From contig NZ_JABAIJ010000004.1 of assembly GCF_012641435.1 (NCBI RefSeq), positions 78,428-102,427 of the forward strand: a DNA stretch of 24,000 bases, given 5' to 3'. The translations under genes were made by a program, and so were the position numbers. The DNA is from Rhizobium sp. P38BS-XIX. GTDB lineage: Bacteria > Pseudomonadota > Alphaproteobacteria > Rhizobiales > Rhizobiaceae. How positions within the stretch are numbered: position 1 is the stretch's first letter; every line of letters begins with the position of its first letter. This document shows positions 22,770-24,000 of the stretch, piece after piece. Below the pieces are notes generated by a model that worked only from the letters and a program-made list of their open reading frames with translations, did no database searches and was not told the origin of the DNA.

Positions 22770-23575
22770 TGGGAACCGGAAGCTTCGGAGGTGGTAGCGG
22801 ATCCGTCGGCGGCGGCGGCTCGGGAAGCGGATCGAAAGGGCACGGCGGCACCTCGAATGGAGCAGGGAGCGACGGTGGCGGTGGTGCAAAGGGTTCTCTG
22901 TTGCGTGCCATCGAAGGTTTGCGGGAAATTACACGGCGCCTCACCGCGGACCCAGATCAGGGGCGTTTGACTCGAGTCATCAATGAGTTGCTGCGCGACC
23001 GGGGCAGAGCTACTTTTTTTAGCGACATGCTAACAGACGGGTTTGCCAACGCGCTTCTCGGCGACCTCCTCGCGATTGGCGCGAGACTGCGAGCCGGTGA
23101 GGGCTGGGCGCAAATTGCGCAAAGCTTCGGGGTCGATGCAGGCCTAGGATCGATGCAAGCCCTTTGTGACGCGTGCATCGACCAGGCCTTACGAGCTAGG
23201 GCCTACCAGGTTGATGACCGGTATATTGAAAGCGCCTCGGCGGCCTTCCGAGAGTTCATGGTCGCGTCGGTCGGCGGAGACCGCATTCTGGCAACCCGTG
23301 GCGACGTTGCGCAGGTCGATGCAGCGATTGACCGCAATGTCTTCGCCAATGCGATCGGCGGGTTCTTGGGCGACCTTATTGGCCAGGTCCTTCAGGCCGA
23401 GTCCTACGTCGACCTGGGCGCGGCAACTCCGGCGGTCCAGCAAGCCTCCAATACTCTGGCGATTGCAATCTACGACCGATTCGATGCGAAGTTCGTCCAA
23501 AAAGGAAAAGCCGAACGGCGCGATGCGCTTCGCGTCATCGGTGAAAATTACTTTGCCTTGGTGACCGCCTCATGA
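22769..23575 (+). CDS. hypothetical 268-aa protein with Gly-rich N-terminal tail (QatB-like?)
   Basis: The ATG at 22769 overlaps the CHAT gene stop (TAATG), and GGGAGG lies 7 nt upstream. The protein begins [27 protein letters not shown]...GGGGAKGS and continues as a helical domain. The QatB resemblance is from memory only. Confidence 0.8.
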
Positions 23576-24000
23576 GCCTCAAAAACAAGAACCAGGTAAC
23601 TGTCGTCCTGCAGAAGGGACCGCGCCCGGAAAGCCAAAGCCAAGTTCTCGATCTGGATACTATCGCCTGGCACGACGGCATCGGAATAGGCTCTGAAGGA
23701 CTGCACCCTCGCGCACTCGATCTTCTCGAAATCATGCGTGTGGTCTGGGAAGTTGAGCGCTACGTCCCGAAGCGAATTTCAAGCCAGCGGCTGCGGCAGG
23801 TCTCGATCGCCATGCCGCTGCGCGAGCCGTCCGGTTGGTCCGTAACGGCGATGCAGGCGCTGACGGCAATGCTCCGCCTGCTTGGCAATACAGAGTGGCA
23901 GTTCGATTTCACGCAGCGGCAGGGATCCAACGCGCTCGACGCGCTTGCGGCGAACGCCGCCCGCACTAAGTCTGGCAAAGCAGAGACGGTCTCGTTGTTT
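23572..24000 (+). CDS. hypothetical protein, 3'-truncated by window edge (possible N-terminal domain of a QueC-like PP-loop enzyme)
   Basis: The ATG at 23572 overlaps the previous stop (ATGA). I translated 143 codons with no stop to base 24000 ([16 protein letters not shown]...[17 protein letters not shown]...[11 protein letters not shown]...KAETVSLF). It is absent from the ORF track because it has no stop in the window. Confidence 0.7.

Noticed and set aside
22696-22944. Proline-rich 82-aa minus-strand ORF (and 22707..22889)
   Set aside because: This is the reverse complement of the GGN-rich tail region (CCN codons). It is an artefact of low-complexity sequence.
1-24000. Search by eye for CRISPR arrays, tRNA/rRNA/tmRNA genes and integrase/att sites
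   Set aside because: I saw no regularly spaced direct repeats, no tRNA-like acceptor or T-arm sequences (e.g. GGTTCGAATCC), and no tyrosine or serine recombinase ORF. tRNAscan-SE/Infernal and a repeat finder should confirm this.

Overview
This 24-kb window looks like a mosaic accessory, competition and defence island. By composition and protein flavour it resembles a fairly GC-rich alphaproteobacterial (Rhizobiales-like) replicon; that origin is inference only. I saw no rRNA, tRNA or CRISPR array.

From left to right the window contains:
- A 5'-truncated DUF2199-like gene and an AAA_28-like P-loop ATPase.
- One IS5/IS1182-family insertion sequence. Its transposase ORF is cut short by an in-frame TGA.
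- A lower-GC patch holding small hypothetical ORFs and a visibly AT-rich GNAT acetyltransferase.
- A complete auxiliary type VI secretion cargo module on the minus strand: vgrG, a DUF4123 adaptor, a small effector with a TM N-terminus and an HNH-like C-terminus, a beta-propeller-like immunity candidate, and PAAR.
- An AP2-like DNA-binding gene that appears broken by two single-base frame changes.
- An orphan unit of a consensus-like promoter plus an intrinsic terminator, which is a candidate ~130-nt sRNA.
- A small gene for a possible Barnase/EndoU/RelE-like nuclease.
- Two large convergent hypothetical proteins, each with a PD-(D/E)xK-type nuclease core.
- A macrodomain (DarG-like) gene followed by a DUF4433 (DarT-like) gene, in the reverse of the canonical order. 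The DarT-like protein carries an extra C-terminal domain.
- A tightly coupled four-gene plus-strand operon that runs off the window: a small membrane protein, a 1045-aa CHAT-protease/TPR-like protein, a protein starting MGTGSFGGG with a glycine-rich tail, and a partial ORF ending ...VSLF.

I consider the last operon the best candidate for an undescribed system. It may be a Qat-like (QueC-associated) module in which a CHAT protease replaces the ATPase. All family assignments come from motif recognition by eye, not from database searches.
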